From Methanomassiliicoccaceae archaeon (lineage in GTDB: Archaea; Thermoplasmatota; Thermoplasmata; Methanomassiliicoccales; Methanomethylophilaceae): DNA of 64,000 bases. The stretch spans positions 7,735-71,734 of the forward strand of contig JAEEOP010000033.1 of the NCBI GenBank assembly GCA_016284295.1, written 5' to 3'. Of this stretch, positions 18,603 through 27,846 are shown piece after piece (position 1 is the stretch's first letter; each line of letters starts with the position of its first letter). Below the pieces are notes generated by a model. It was not told where the DNA came from. It worked only from the letters and a program-made list of their open reading frames with translations, and did not search any database. Position numbers and translations under genes: made by a program.

Positions 18603-18625
18603 CTAACATAAAAATGGTATGTTAG
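18603..18625. promoter_or_regulatory. Inverted repeat in ramA-mtaC intergenic region
   Basis: CTAACATA-N7-TATGTTAG perfect 8-bp arms. Confidence 0.5.
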
Positions 18626-18715
18626 ACAAGGCAACTTTTACCTGATGTTTAGTCAATTTTTTTGTTGTCATTGTCAATACTATATAAAACTTATATCCAA
18701 AGTATTTAAAGTTAC

Positions 18716-18777
18716 TGGGATATTTCATCCAACCAACCATTCCATTAAATAGTTTAGAAATACATCCAACTAACCAT
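18716..18777. promoter_or_regulatory. Operator-like repeats upstream of mtaC
   Basis: CATCCAACYAACCAT at 18726-18740 and 18763-18777; the first copy lies within TGGGAT-N5-ATCCAA. Confidence 0.55.
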
Positions 18778-18820
18778 AGGGAGTTCACGGCAGCCCCCTA
18801 GATAATAAGGAGGAAAATCA

Positions 18821-19600
18821 ATGATAGACTACTCTAAAGTAGACTTTTCTAAGATCCTCAAGCGTTACGACGTTGAGGGTCAGAACGAAATGACACCTGA
18901 GTCCGTGGCCAAGGCAATGCTGCCGAAGGACCCCGTCCTGTACAAGGTCGCCGAGTGCGTCCTGTACATGAAGTTCAAGGACGTGGGACCCGCGACCGCC
19001 GAGGCGCTGAAGACGAAAGATGCTCTTGATATCATCAACAACGGACTCGTCGTCGGAATGGAGTGTGTCGCGAAACTGTACGCAGAGCACATCTACTACC
19101 TGCCCGAGATCATGATGGCCGCAAAGACTATGGAGATCGGAATCGCACTCGCAGAGAAGCAGATCCCCGGTGGAAGGACGACAAAGGGAACCGTCGTCAT
19201 GCATGCCGCCGAAGGAGACCCCCACGACATCGGTAAGAACATCGCCGCCGTCATGATGAGGTCTTCCGGATACACCGTCGTCGACATGGGAAAGGATGTC
19301 GCAGTGGACGATGTCGTCGCCAAGGTGAAGGAGATCAAGCCCTTCATGGTGACCGGAACCGCGCTCATGACGACCACCATGACAGCATTCCCCCGCGCCG
19401 CAGCGAAGCTCGTCGCAGCCGGAATCAACATCCCGTTCATGGCAGCCGGAGGAGCAGTCAACAGGGACTTCTCGGAGTCCTTCGACCTCGGAATCTATTC
19501 CGAGAAGGCGCCTCAGACCCCGCCCATTGCGGACAAGATCCTTGAGGGATACGACTGGAGAAAGATCAGGGAAGAGTGGGACCACATCGTAGGAGAGTGA
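18821..19600 (+). CDS. mtaC: Methanol corrinoid protein
   Basis: EGDPHDIGKNI B12-binding motif (DxHxxG), GTALMTTT, AAGGAV; AGGAGG RBS. Confidence 0.93.
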   Translation: MIDYSKVDFSKILKRYDVEGQNEMTPESVAKAMLPKDPVLYKVAECVLYMKFKDVGPATAEALKTKDALDIINNGLVVGMECVAKLYAEHIYYLPEIMMAAKTMEIGIALAEKQIPGGRTTKGTVVMHAAEGDPHDIGKNIAAVMMRSSGYTVVDMGKDVAVDDVVAKVKEIKPFMVTGTALMTTTMTAFPRAAAKLVAAGINIPFMAAGGAVNRDFSESFDLGIYSEKAPQTPPIADKILEGYDWRKIREEWDHIVGE

Positions 19601-19605
19601 TTGTT

Positions 19606-20997
19606 ATGGCAAAGTACACAAAGATGGCATACGGCAGTGCGGAAGAGATGGTATTCGGACACGCGAAGGAGCCCGTCTCTTACGGTTTCGGAATCAAGGT
19701 CGGAGCAGGCAGGGTCATCCCCGAGCTGAACTACGGACCCAGGCCCGGATCCGAGGCGACACCCGAGAAACTCAGGAAGGAGTACGTCGACTACATCTCC
19801 AAGGATGTCCTCAACAGATGCGTCACCCTCGGATTCCCCGACGTCCAGCTGGAGACCGAGTGGATCTCCCAGATGGGAGACCCCAAGATGGCCACACCCG
19901 TGGTCGAGGGCCAGAAGGCAATCTGCGAGAAGTACTACGAGGAGTACGGACTGAACTGCGCCGTGAGGCAGACAATCCCCGACCAGCGTGAGGCGGAAGA
20001 GGGATACAGGCCCGGAATGGGCGGAAAGCACAGCTACCCCGAGCACCTGTTCCAGTGTGCTGAGGTCGCCTGTGAGAACGGAGCGGATGTCCTCTCGTGC
20101 GAGACCCTCGGAGGAAAGGAGCTCGGAGACTACGCGACCACGAACGGAGACATCGTCGCATTCCTGTTCGGAATCGGATACCTCGGTTCCATCGACATGG
20201 AGTACGTCTGGAAGCAGTTCGTCGATATCGCCAAGAAGAACAAGGTCATCGCCGGAGGAGACACCAACTGTTCCGGAGCCAACACCTCGATGTTCATGGC
20301 CGGCGGAATGCTGGACCAGGATGTCCAGAGGACCTACTCCGCGGTCACCCGTGCGATCTCCGCCGCAAGGACCCTTGTGGCATGGGAGCAGGGTGCATCC
20401 GGACCCGACAAGGACTGCGGTTACGAGGGACCCATCTGTAAGGCTATCGCAGGAAAGCCCTGCGCACAGGAGGGAAAGAACTGTCAGTGCGCCCACGCCG
20501 ATCTTCAGGGTAACCTGATGGCACAGGTCTGCGACCTCTGGTCCAACGAGTCCATCGAGTACCACCCCGAGTTCGGAGGAACCTCCGTCCAGTGCTGGAT
20601 GGGAAGCCTCGGATACGAGGTGGCCCTGATGAACACCGCCATCCAGACCGGCAAGCAGAAGGACCTCAGAGACCTCTACATGATCACCGACCGTGAGAGG
20701 GGACCCGAGGGACACATCCTCGCATACGACAACGCATATAAGATCGGAGAGGCTATCGTCTCTGAGGGCAACAACTACTACCTCAGGGCCAAGGCCGCCG
20801 GACTCACCGCCGCGAAGCTCATCAAGGACCACAACGACTCCAAGGAGCTCCAGCTGACCAGGAAGCAGAGGGAAGTCCTCGACTCTATCATCAAGGACCT
20901 CGAAGCTCTTCCGGATGATGAGGACAAGTTCTTCGAGTACTGCTGCAAGAAGTACGCGGACGTGCCCAACTTCAACCTGAAGAACTACGGTCTTTGA
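19606..20997 (+). CDS. mtaB: Methanol:corrinoid methyltransferase
   Basis: MAYGSAEEMVFGHAKEPVSYG, ENGADVLSCETLGGKE, GDTNCSGANT, GPDKDCGYEG, WSNESIEYHPEFGG. Confidence 0.95.
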   Translation: MAKYTKMAYGSAEEMVFGHAKEPVSYGFGIKVGAGRVIPELNYGPRPGSEATPEKLRKEYVDYISKDVLNRCVTLGFPDVQLETEWISQMGDPKMATPVVEGQKAICEKYYEEYGLNCAVRQTIPDQREAEEGYRPGMGGKHSYPEHLFQCAEVACENGADVLSCETLGGKELGDYATTNGDIVAFLFGIGYLGSIDMEYVWKQFVDIAKKNKVIAGGDTNCSGANTSMFMAGGMLDQDVQRTYSAVTRAISAARTLVAWEQGASGPDKDCGYEGPICKAIAGKPCAQEGKNCQCAHADLQGNLMAQVCDLWSNESIEYHPEFGGTSVQCWMGSLGYEVALMNTAIQTGKQKDLRDLYMITDRERGPEGHILAYDNAYKIGEAIVSEGNNYYLRAKAAGLTAAKLIKDHNDSKELQLTRKQREVLDSIIKDLEALPDDEDKFFEYCCKKYADVPNFNLKNYGL

Positions 20998-21017
20998 TAG
21001 AAGGTCTAAACTTCAGA

Positions 21018-21039
21018 TCCGGCGGGAACCCCCGCCGGA
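21018..21039 (+). terminator. Stem-loop after mtaB
   Basis: TCCGGCGGG-AACC-CCCGCCGGA perfect 9-bp stem. Confidence 0.6.
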
Positions 21040-21066
21040 CGACTTCATCAGAGGAGGTAGACTGAT

Positions 21067-21564
21067 ATGTCTGAATTCAAGCCATTGGATCCAACGGCAT
21101 GCGGATTGTTCCTGGTGGCAGTGGTGTCATTCCCTCTCGCGATCGTCAATCTGATCGATGGGCAGGTCGGACCTTCGAGCGATTTCTTCACGATAATAGG
21201 CGCACTGATCCTTGTCGTGGCGCTCCTGGCCTACAGAGCGGAGAGCAATTTCGGATTCACGGTGTTCACATTGGTCGGGGCGGCCGTGCTGCTGACCGGA
21301 CTGGGGATCGGACCCTGGGAGGACATAGCGTTCACGCTGACCTTCCTGCTGGCCATCATATGGTCCTTGAATGTGAAGGCTCCGAAAGCATTGACGATAA
21401 TCTGTTTTACCACCGCCTTGGTCTTCCTGACCGTAGGTCTCTCCGGCATAGTCGGAGGGGACTATTGGCATTGGTTGATAGGAATCGCGGCGCTGTTGAA
21501 CTTCATCTTCAACATCTATCTGTCGTTCGCACTTGCAATGGACGGTAAGATCAAGGTCTTCTGA
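21067..21564 (+). CDS. GPR1/FUN34/YaaH (SatP-like) small membrane transporter
   Basis: PLDPTACGLF resembles the NPAPLGL signature; ~6 TM helices; strong GGAGGT RBS. Confidence 0.6.
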   Translation: MSEFKPLDPTACGLFLVAVVSFPLAIVNLIDGQVGPSSDFFTIIGALILVVALLAYRAESNFGFTVFTLVGAAVLLTGLGIGPWEDIAFTLTFLLAIIWSLNVKAPKALTIICFTTALVFLTVGLSGIVGGDYWHWLIGIAALLNFIFNIYLSFALAMDGKIKVF

Positions 21565-21579
21565 TCCCGTCCCTCAAAC

Positions 21580-21598
21580 AGGTCCCTTCATGGGACCT
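21580..21598 (+). terminator. Hairpin after SatP-like gene
   Basis: AGGTCCC-TTCAT-GGGACCT followed by a pyrimidine tract. Confidence 0.5.
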
Positions 21599-21737
21599 CC
21601 TTCTCCTTGTTCAGAAGGGGCCGTCGGCATGCGGCCCCGTCATCCACGGCGATGGTCGATGATTTTTCCGATAATTCGACATACGTCGTACATGCTGGCA
21701 ACAAGCCAATAAATAGAGTCCGCTTTACGGTTCTCAG

Positions 21738-24353
21738 ATGACATCATCAAATCCACGTCCAGTGGTCCCTCTGGATTCTTCCGAACTCGATATCGGTCTG
21801 GTCGGAGGCAAGGGGATCAACATAGCCAAGATGATCTCGAGCGGATTCAGCGTGCCACCGGCGCTCTCTGTCACCGTGGACGCATACGACATGTTCCTGG
21901 ACATAACCGGTCTCAGGGGCAGGATCGCCGAGATACTGGCTAGGACGGATTTCGATGACGATGCGGATCTCAACGCATCATCCGACAGGATACGTTCGCT
22001 CTTCACCGAGGTGCCCCTTCCGGAGGAGGAGATCTCAGACCTCAAGAAGAACTTCTTCAACCTCGAAGGCGAGTACTTCGCGGTCCGCTCTTCCGCCGTG
22101 GCGGAGGACCTGGCCGATGCCAGCTTCGCAGGTCAGCAGGACACCTATCTGAACGTGAGGAAGCATGACATCATCTCCAGGGTCCTGGCCTGCTGGGCGT
22201 CGTATTGGAACGCAAGGGCGATGAAATACAGGCATGATGCATCGAAGGACCATCTCTCGCAGGGTATGGCAGTCGTCGTACAGAAGATGGTCAAATCCGA
22301 CATCAGCGGGGTCATGTTCACATCCGATCCGGTCACCGGTGAGGAGCATGTCATAATAGAGGCGTCATGGGGTCTCGGAGAATCGATAGTGTCCGGGCTC
22401 GTCACCCCCGACAGCTACAAGGTCTCGTACGACGGGAAGGTCCTGTCCGCCGAGGTCCACAACAAGGAGATCGGGTTCTTCCTCGTCGACGGGGAGAACA
22501 GGCAGGTCCCCATCGATCCCGACAAGGTCTCGGTGCGCTGTGCGGACGATACTGTGCTGAAAGCGATCGCAGCCGAGGGACTCAAGCTCAGGGACCACTT
22601 CGGATGCCCCCAGGACATCGAATGGGCCGTCGAGGCCGGCAAGGTGTACATACTCCAGTCGAGGGCGATCACGACCCTGCCGGACATGTCCGAGAAGGAC
22701 GACATCCTCTGGTCCAGGGGATACGGCGACGAGTACTGGGCGGATGCCACCACACCGATGTTCTATACGGTCATGGGAAAGCTCCTGACCGATTACGTGA
22801 ACCACGAGGGAGCGCACATGATGGGCTACAAGGATCTGGAGTCCGGACCGCTCACGAAGCTCCACAAGTCGAGGGTGTACTTCTCCGCCGTCGTGTTGGA
22901 GAGGATCTTCGCCCACTATCCCAAGTTCATACGTTCGAAGGAACTGCTCGAGTACTTCCCCCGCAGCGAGCAGGAGAGGATCTCGAAGTACCCCAACGAT
23001 TTCCTCGGAATGATCAAGTCGCAGCTCTGTCTGCTCATCCGCGACAGGGACGGGATGATCTGGAGGACGGACAAGGTCTACAGGAAGTGGGCAGAGGGAT
23101 TCCTCAAGCTGTGCGACGAGTTCGATGCCACCGATTTGACCAGAGTATCCGACAAGGAGCTGGCCGAGTGGTACGGCAGGATTCGCGTGGGATCCACCAA
23201 GCACTACCAGCTGATCCGCTACGGTATGGTGTCGCATTCGATCATGACCAATCTGCTGGTCAAGAACTGGTCCATCAAATGGTTCAAGGATGACGGTTCC
23301 GTCTATGCCGGACTGATGTCCGGGCTGGAGGACAACAAGACCGTCGAGACCAACAAGGGATTCTCCGACCTGGGCGTGGCGCTCAGGGCCGACGAGGATG
23401 TCAGGAAGAAGGCGGAGTCCATGGATGCCGAGGAGTTCGTCGAGTGGCTCCAGACATCCGACGTCCCCTTCAAGGATGTCTATAACGGATTCATAAAGGA
23501 GTTCGGGCACAGGTCCGGTACAAGAGAATTGAACGCCCTCAGGTGGGCAGAGGATCCCGATTACGTGATGTCCATGGCCTTGCAGATGTGCGATTCCGGT
23601 GTAGATCTCAGGAAGGAGTTCGAGAACGGTATCCAGCGCAGGAAGGACACGGAGGAGATGGTTCGCAAGGAGCTGGGTTTCTTCAAGAGAGCCATACTGT
23701 TCAAGGTGCTGCAGTATGCGCGCACATACCTCATATTCAGGGAGAACCAGAGGTTCTACCTCGACCATATGATGTACAGGAACAGGCTGATCTTCCTCGA
23801 GCAGGGAAGGAGGATGAAGGACATGGGCCTGATCGATGACAGGGAGGACATATTCTTCCTGGAGGACACCGAGGCCCTGGCGATCCTCAACGGAGGGGAC
23901 GCGTCCGATGCGAGGGCGGTCATCGCCCCCAGGAAGGCGGAGTTCATGAAGTACCGCGACAGGCTCCCGCCGAAGTTCCTGCTGAACGGGGTCGACTTCG
24001 ACGACGACCCCATCTCCCAGGGGGACACCCTGGTGGGTGCGGCGTCCAGCCCTGGAACGTACAGGGGAAGGGTCCGCGTCATCAGCGACGTCAGGGATCT
24101 GGGCCAGGTCGAGAAGGGCGAGATACTTGTCACGAGCAACACCGATCCCGGGTGGACGGTGGTGTTCTCGAAGCTGGGCGGGCTCATCACCGAGACAGGA
24201 GGAATCTTATGTCACGGTGCCGTCATATCCCGCGAGTACAGGATACCTGCGGTCACAGCGGTCAAATCAGCGACCTCCGTGCTGCACACAGGGGACTTGG
24301 TCTCCGTGGACGGCAGCAAGGGAGAGGTAACGATACTGGAGGAAAAGGAATGA
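21738..24353 (+). CDS. PEP-synthase/rifampicin-phosphotransferase-like enzyme (PPDK_N + central substrate domain + His swivel domain)
   Basis: VGGKG, AVRSSAVAEDLADASFAGQQDT, PQDIEWA, ILQSRAIT; C-terminal TDPGWT and GGILCHGAVISREYRIPAV. Confidence 0.88.
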   Translation: MTSSNPRPVVPLDSSELDIGLVGGKGINIAKMISSGFSVPPALSVTVDAYDMFLDITGLRGRIAEILARTDFDDDADLNASSDRIRSLFTEVPLPEEEISDLKKNFFNLEGEYFAVRSSAVAEDLADASFAGQQDTYLNVRKHDIISRVLACWASYWNARAMKYRHDASKDHLSQGMAVVVQKMVKSDISGVMFTSDPVTGEEHVIIEASWGLGESIVSGLVTPDSYKVSYDGKVLSAEVHNKEIGFFLVDGENRQVPIDPDKVSVRCADDTVLKAIAAEGLKLRDHFGCPQDIEWAVEAGKVYILQSRAITTLPDMSEKDDILWSRGYGDEYWADATTPMFYTVMGKLLTDYVNHEGAHMMGYKDLESGPLTKLHKSRVYFSAVVLERIFAHYPKFIRSKELLEYFPRSEQERISKYPNDFLGMIKSQLCLLIRDRDGMIWRTDKVYRKWAEGFLKLCDEFDATDLTRVSDKELAEWYGRIRVGSTKHYQLIRYGMVSHSIMTNLLVKNWSIKWFKDDGSVYAGLMSGLEDNKTVETNKGFSDLGVALRADEDVRKKAESMDAEEFVEWLQTSDVPFKDVYNGFIKEFGHRSGTRELNALRWAEDPDYVMSMALQMCDSGVDLRKEFENGIQRRKDTEEMVRKELGFFKRAILFKVLQYARTYLIFRENQRFYLDHMMYRNRLIFLEQGRRMKDMGLIDDREDIFFLEDTEALAILNGGDASDARAVIAPRKAEFMKYRDRLPPKFLLNGVDFDDDPISQGDTLVGAASSPGTYRGRVRVISDVRDLGQVEKGEILVTSNTDPGWTVVFSKLGGLITETGGILCHGAVISREYRIPAVTAVKSATSVLHTGDLVSVDGSKGEVTILEEKE

Positions 24354-25219
24354 GCGGAGAATTGGATTGGAACGAGAGCTATTACTTCAACTTCTTCGAT
24401 GCGAAGCAGGCCCTCACGGCCTTCATGCGCATCGGCAACAAGCCTAACAGGAACGAGAAATCCGTGTTCCTATTCGTGATGAACAAGGACGGCGTGTTCG
24501 GCATCAGGAACACCGAGCCCTGCGACGAGAACAAGACCCTCTGCTCCGGACTCAGGTTCGAGAACAAGGGCGATGTCTGGAAGATCACCTACAACGGCCC
24601 CCTGTTCGACATGTCCAAGGAGCCTGTGCCCATCATGTCCTCGCTGGACATCGACTGGAGACCCGTCAACCCCGAGATGGACTACCACGACTGCGTGGAT
24701 GCCGCCGGGGAGGCCCTGTCCGCGAAGACCGCCTCGGAGCACTTCGAGCAGTTCGGAGTCGCCACCGGAAAGGTCGTCGTCGGTGATTCCTCATTCCAGG
24801 TCGAAGCGACGGGAGAGAGGGACAAGAGCGAGGGCGTCCGCGACTGGGGATCCCCCAAGATGTGGCTCTGGCTCAACTCCGTCTACGGCGCGGATCTCGG
24901 ATGGAACGCCACCAAGCTGTCCACGCAGATGGGGGATGTCGATGCTGGATTCGTCGGGACCAAGGACTGCAACGATCCCGTCGTCAAGATCGATATCGAC
25001 CTGGACTACGACGGTGCTATACCCAAGTCCTACAGGATGACCATGCATGGCAAGAGCGGCAAGTCCTACGATGTGGAGGCCAAGATCCTCAAGTACGCCC
25101 AGCTTCCGATGCAGGGCAGCAAGGACATGATGCTCATTGAGACCATCTCGCAGACCGTCATGGACGGCCGCACCGGTTTCGGAATCGCCGAGCTCCTGGT
25201 GCCCTCCAAGAGGGAGTGA
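24350..25219 (+). CDS. Uncharacterised beta-rich protein (DUF7064/7065- or AttH/CrtC-like), translationally coupled to the phosphotransferase
   Basis: ATGA overlap at 24350-24353; WNESYYFNFFD..RIGNKPN, HFEQFG..G....G, GERDKSEGVRDW motifs. Confidence 0.7.
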   Translation: MSGELDWNESYYFNFFDAKQALTAFMRIGNKPNRNEKSVFLFVMNKDGVFGIRNTEPCDENKTLCSGLRFENKGDVWKITYNGPLFDMSKEPVPIMSSLDIDWRPVNPEMDYHDCVDAAGEALSAKTASEHFEQFGVATGKVVVGDSSFQVEATGERDKSEGVRDWGSPKMWLWLNSVYGADLGWNATKLSTQMGDVDAGFVGTKDCNDPVVKIDIDLDYDGAIPKSYRMTMHGKSGKSYDVEAKILKYAQLPMQGSKDMMLIETISQTVMDGRTGFGIAELLVPSKRE

Positions 25220-25352
25220 AACACATTTGGGGCCCACGCCCCGTTTCATCCATCCACATGGTATCCTCCTGGATACTGGCTATGTTTTATCCTTGAAGAT
25301 TCGGACCGCATCAGTCTTATAATGTCGGATGCCGATTCGAATACTGATCCAA

Positions 25353-25700
25353 ATGACCGATTGCAAAGTATGCGTGGATGCGGGTGTCTGCAAGATGAAG
25401 ACCATCATCACGGCCACTACCAATGACATGGGCCTGGTCGATCTCCATATCAAGAGCGATTGCCCGAACATCTTGAAGATGTCGTGGAGGATGGAGCCTG
25501 TCAGCCCGTATGCGGAGGTCGAGTCCGAGTTCTACAAGTCCGAGGTATACAAGTGGGCCCAGGAGACCCCTATACCCCATACGGCATGCCCTGTGCCTTC
25601 AGCGATCATCAAAGCAATAGAGTACGCCGGGGATCTAGGCCTGAAGCGCGACGTGTCCATCAGGTTCATTGACGACGATTCAGAGGCCGGGATGGACTGA
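25353..25700 (+). CDS. DUF6951-family small Cys-containing protein
   Basis: VDAGVCKMKTIITA, SDCPNI, HTACPVPSAIIKAIE, RDVSIRF. Confidence 0.7.
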   Translation: MTDCKVCVDAGVCKMKTIITATTNDMGLVDLHIKSDCPNILKMSWRMEPVSPYAEVESEFYKSEVYKWAQETPIPHTACPVPSAIIKAIEYAGDLGLKRDVSIRFIDDDSEAGMD

Positions 25701-26102
25701 TCAGATCGGCAGCTTGGTGCAGTTAGGCACCACTTTGTAGTTGTACTCGCAGAAGTAGACCTCTATATTCTGCCCCTTGTACTTCTCGAAGACCAGATGC
25801 CAGTTCTGGACGGGTATGTTGCCGCATATGACGGCGTTCACCTTCTTCCCCTCCGATAGCCTGTCGCCGATGAAGGCCTCCAACTCCCTGGGGAAGGTTA
25901 TCCTGTTGTCGGCCAGGAACTCGCGGTCCACCTTCAGGATTATGGAGTCAGGCTCCTGCCTTGCGATTTCGTCCAGGACTATCTGGATGAGAGTCTCCAT
26001 CCCTTCGGTCTTTATTCCGGATATGGCGGTGGGCTCCTTGGTGGCAACGAATCCTGCCACCAGCGGTCTTGGGTCGGTCTCGGGCGGTGTGGCGAAAACC
26101 AT
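25701..26102 (-). CDS. Hypothetical protein, tandem paralogue B
   Basis: 133 aa; collinear similarity to 26112..26513 (PPETDPRP, RLSEGK, G.IPV..W, CTKL). Confidence 0.75.
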   Translation of the reverse strand: MVFATPPETDPRPLVAGFVATKEPTAISGIKTEGMETLIQIVLDEIARQEPDSIILKVDREFLADNRITFPRELEAFIGDRLSEGKKVNAVICGNIPVQNWHLVFEKYKGQNIEVYFCEYNYKVVPNCTKLPI

Positions 26103-26111
26103 GGTATCACA

Positions 26112-26513
26112 TCATATGGTGAGCTTGGTGCAAAGCGGCACCTGACGGCAGGCCGCGGCGCAGTAGAAGACCTGCAGGTCCCTTCCTTTGAACTTCTGCA
26201 GCTCCAGGTTCCATCCGGAGACGGGAATGTCCCCTGCGATGATGAGGTTCAGCCTCTTCCCTTCGGACAGCCTCTTCTCAATGTAACCGGAGAAGTCCCT
26301 TGCGAACGTGATGTCCTCGTCGGACATCAGGTCCCTGTCCATTATGACTATGTTGGATCCGGGCTGCTGTCTGCTCAGCTCGTCGACGACGATTTGCATC
26401 AGGGCTTCCGTGCCTTCGGCCACAAGGCCTGCAAGGGCCTTGGCGTCATCATTGGATATGAATTCGGATACCTTCGGACGCGGGTCCGACTCAGGGGGAC
26501 AGGAGTTGACCAT
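26112..26513 (-). CDS. Hypothetical protein, tandem paralogue A
   Basis: 133 aa; same length and shared motifs as 25701..26102. Confidence 0.75.
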   Translation of the reverse strand: MVNSCPPESDPRPKVSEFISNDDAKALAGLVAEGTEALMQIVVDELSRQQPGSNIVIMDRDLMSDEDITFARDFSGYIEKRLSEGKRLNLIIAGDIPVSGWNLELQKFKGRDLQVFYCAAACRQVPLCTKLTI

Positions 26514-26580
26514 CTTCGCACCTGAGAAAAGTAATGGGTGAAGGCGTTTAAAACATGGGTGGAGGTCCTCAGGCCCCAGC

Positions 26581-26718
26581 TCATTTCATCTTCTTCTTCA
26601 GCTTAGCGATCTTCTTCTTTGCTTCTCCATCGCCGGCATCTGCCTGCTTCTGGAGCTCAGCAAGTTCAGCTTTCTTGGCCTGTTGCTTCTTTTCGAGCTG
26701 TTTCTTGGACATCGGCAT
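26581..26718 (-). CDS. Small Lys-rich helical protein (45 aa)
   Basis: MPMSKKQLEKKQQAKKAELAELQKQADAGDGEAKKKIAKLKKKMK; AAGGAG-like RBS upstream; host-like codon usage. Confidence 0.6.
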   Translation of the reverse strand: MPMSKKQLEKKQQAKKAELAELQKQADAGDGEAKKKIAKLKKKMK

Positions 26719-26835
26719 TCTATACGCCTGCTCCTTGAATCCACGCACCCACGATAAATGTTGCCATCGGAAGGCCCCTATGTGAATCGGCATCAGTATG
26801 ATTATTATCGGCGATGGGATTCATCGCCCGTTAAC

Positions 26836-27831
26836 ATGGACGACCGGAACAGGGTGCTCACAGCCATAGTCGCGGCGATATTCGTCATCGCAGGTCTTGT
26901 AGTGTCGCAGAACTGCTACAGTCACGATGAGAATGATGATTGGACGGTGGGCGTCATGTGGCGCACCAACCAGTCGTCTGAGTCGTATGTGTATACATGC
27001 AGGGCCATCGAGGCGGCCGGCGGCAGCGTGGTCAAAGTCGGACAGATATTCTTCGACGACCTGGAGTATGACGGCAACGGAAAGCTGGTGAGCGGCATCA
27101 ACGAGATAGGTTATCTCGATCAGGAAACGGCCGACAAGGTGAAAGGCGCAGATTGGCATCGCTCTAACATCGAGGAGGCGCTAGCAGGGGTGGATTTCGT
27201 AGTGTTCCCTGGCGGGGACGATATCAGCCCCTCCCTGTACAAGATTCCACAGGAATGGGTGGACAGCGGAGAGGACAGGGCTTTCGACCCGGAGAGGGAC
27301 GTCTCTGACTACTTGGCGATGAAATATTGCTTGGAGAAGGACATCCCGCTGGTCGGAATATGCAGGGGGATGCAGTTCCTATTCGTGGTCTCCGGTGCGG
27401 AGATGGCTCAGGACATTCCCGCATATTTCAGGGAGCATTTGTCCGATGATAGGGATACGCACAGGAATCCTATGCCCTCGCAGGGAGGGTACAGGGACTA
27501 CTCTTTTCATGACGTCGTTCTGGAGACGGGATCCTGCATCCATGGCATTATGGGCAAGGAGCTACTGACAGGATGTCCTTCATGGCACCATCAGGCTGTT
27601 CTGAACGTCGACAACACGTAGCTGAAGGTCACGGGATACACCGAGACCGACGGCATCAGAATCATCGAATCCGTTGAGAGAACCGACAAAACGTGTGCGT
27701 TCGGAGTCCAGTACCATCCAGAGGCCGCGGTCTGCAAGATCCTCGACGATCTTCCCAACAAGGATGATTACATGAGCTACGAGGATGCAATGAGACTGTT
27801 CGAATGGATCGTGGATTACGGACGATCCTGA
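26836..27831 (+). CDS. Peptidase C26 / class I glutamine amidotransferase (gamma-glutamyl hydrolase-like) with N-terminal anchor; in-frame TAG at 27619-27621 (probable Pyl)
   Basis: FPGGDDISP, GICRGMQ nucleophile elbow and SWHHQAV before the TAG; GVQYHPE catalytic His-Glu only after it; TGA at 27829-27831. Confidence 0.85.
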
Positions 27832-27846
27832 TGGCATCCGATACGG

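Noticed and set aside
20995-21000. TAG at the end of mtaB as a Pyl site
   Set aside because: It follows a TGA stop (TGA TAG); MtaB is not a Pyl enzyme
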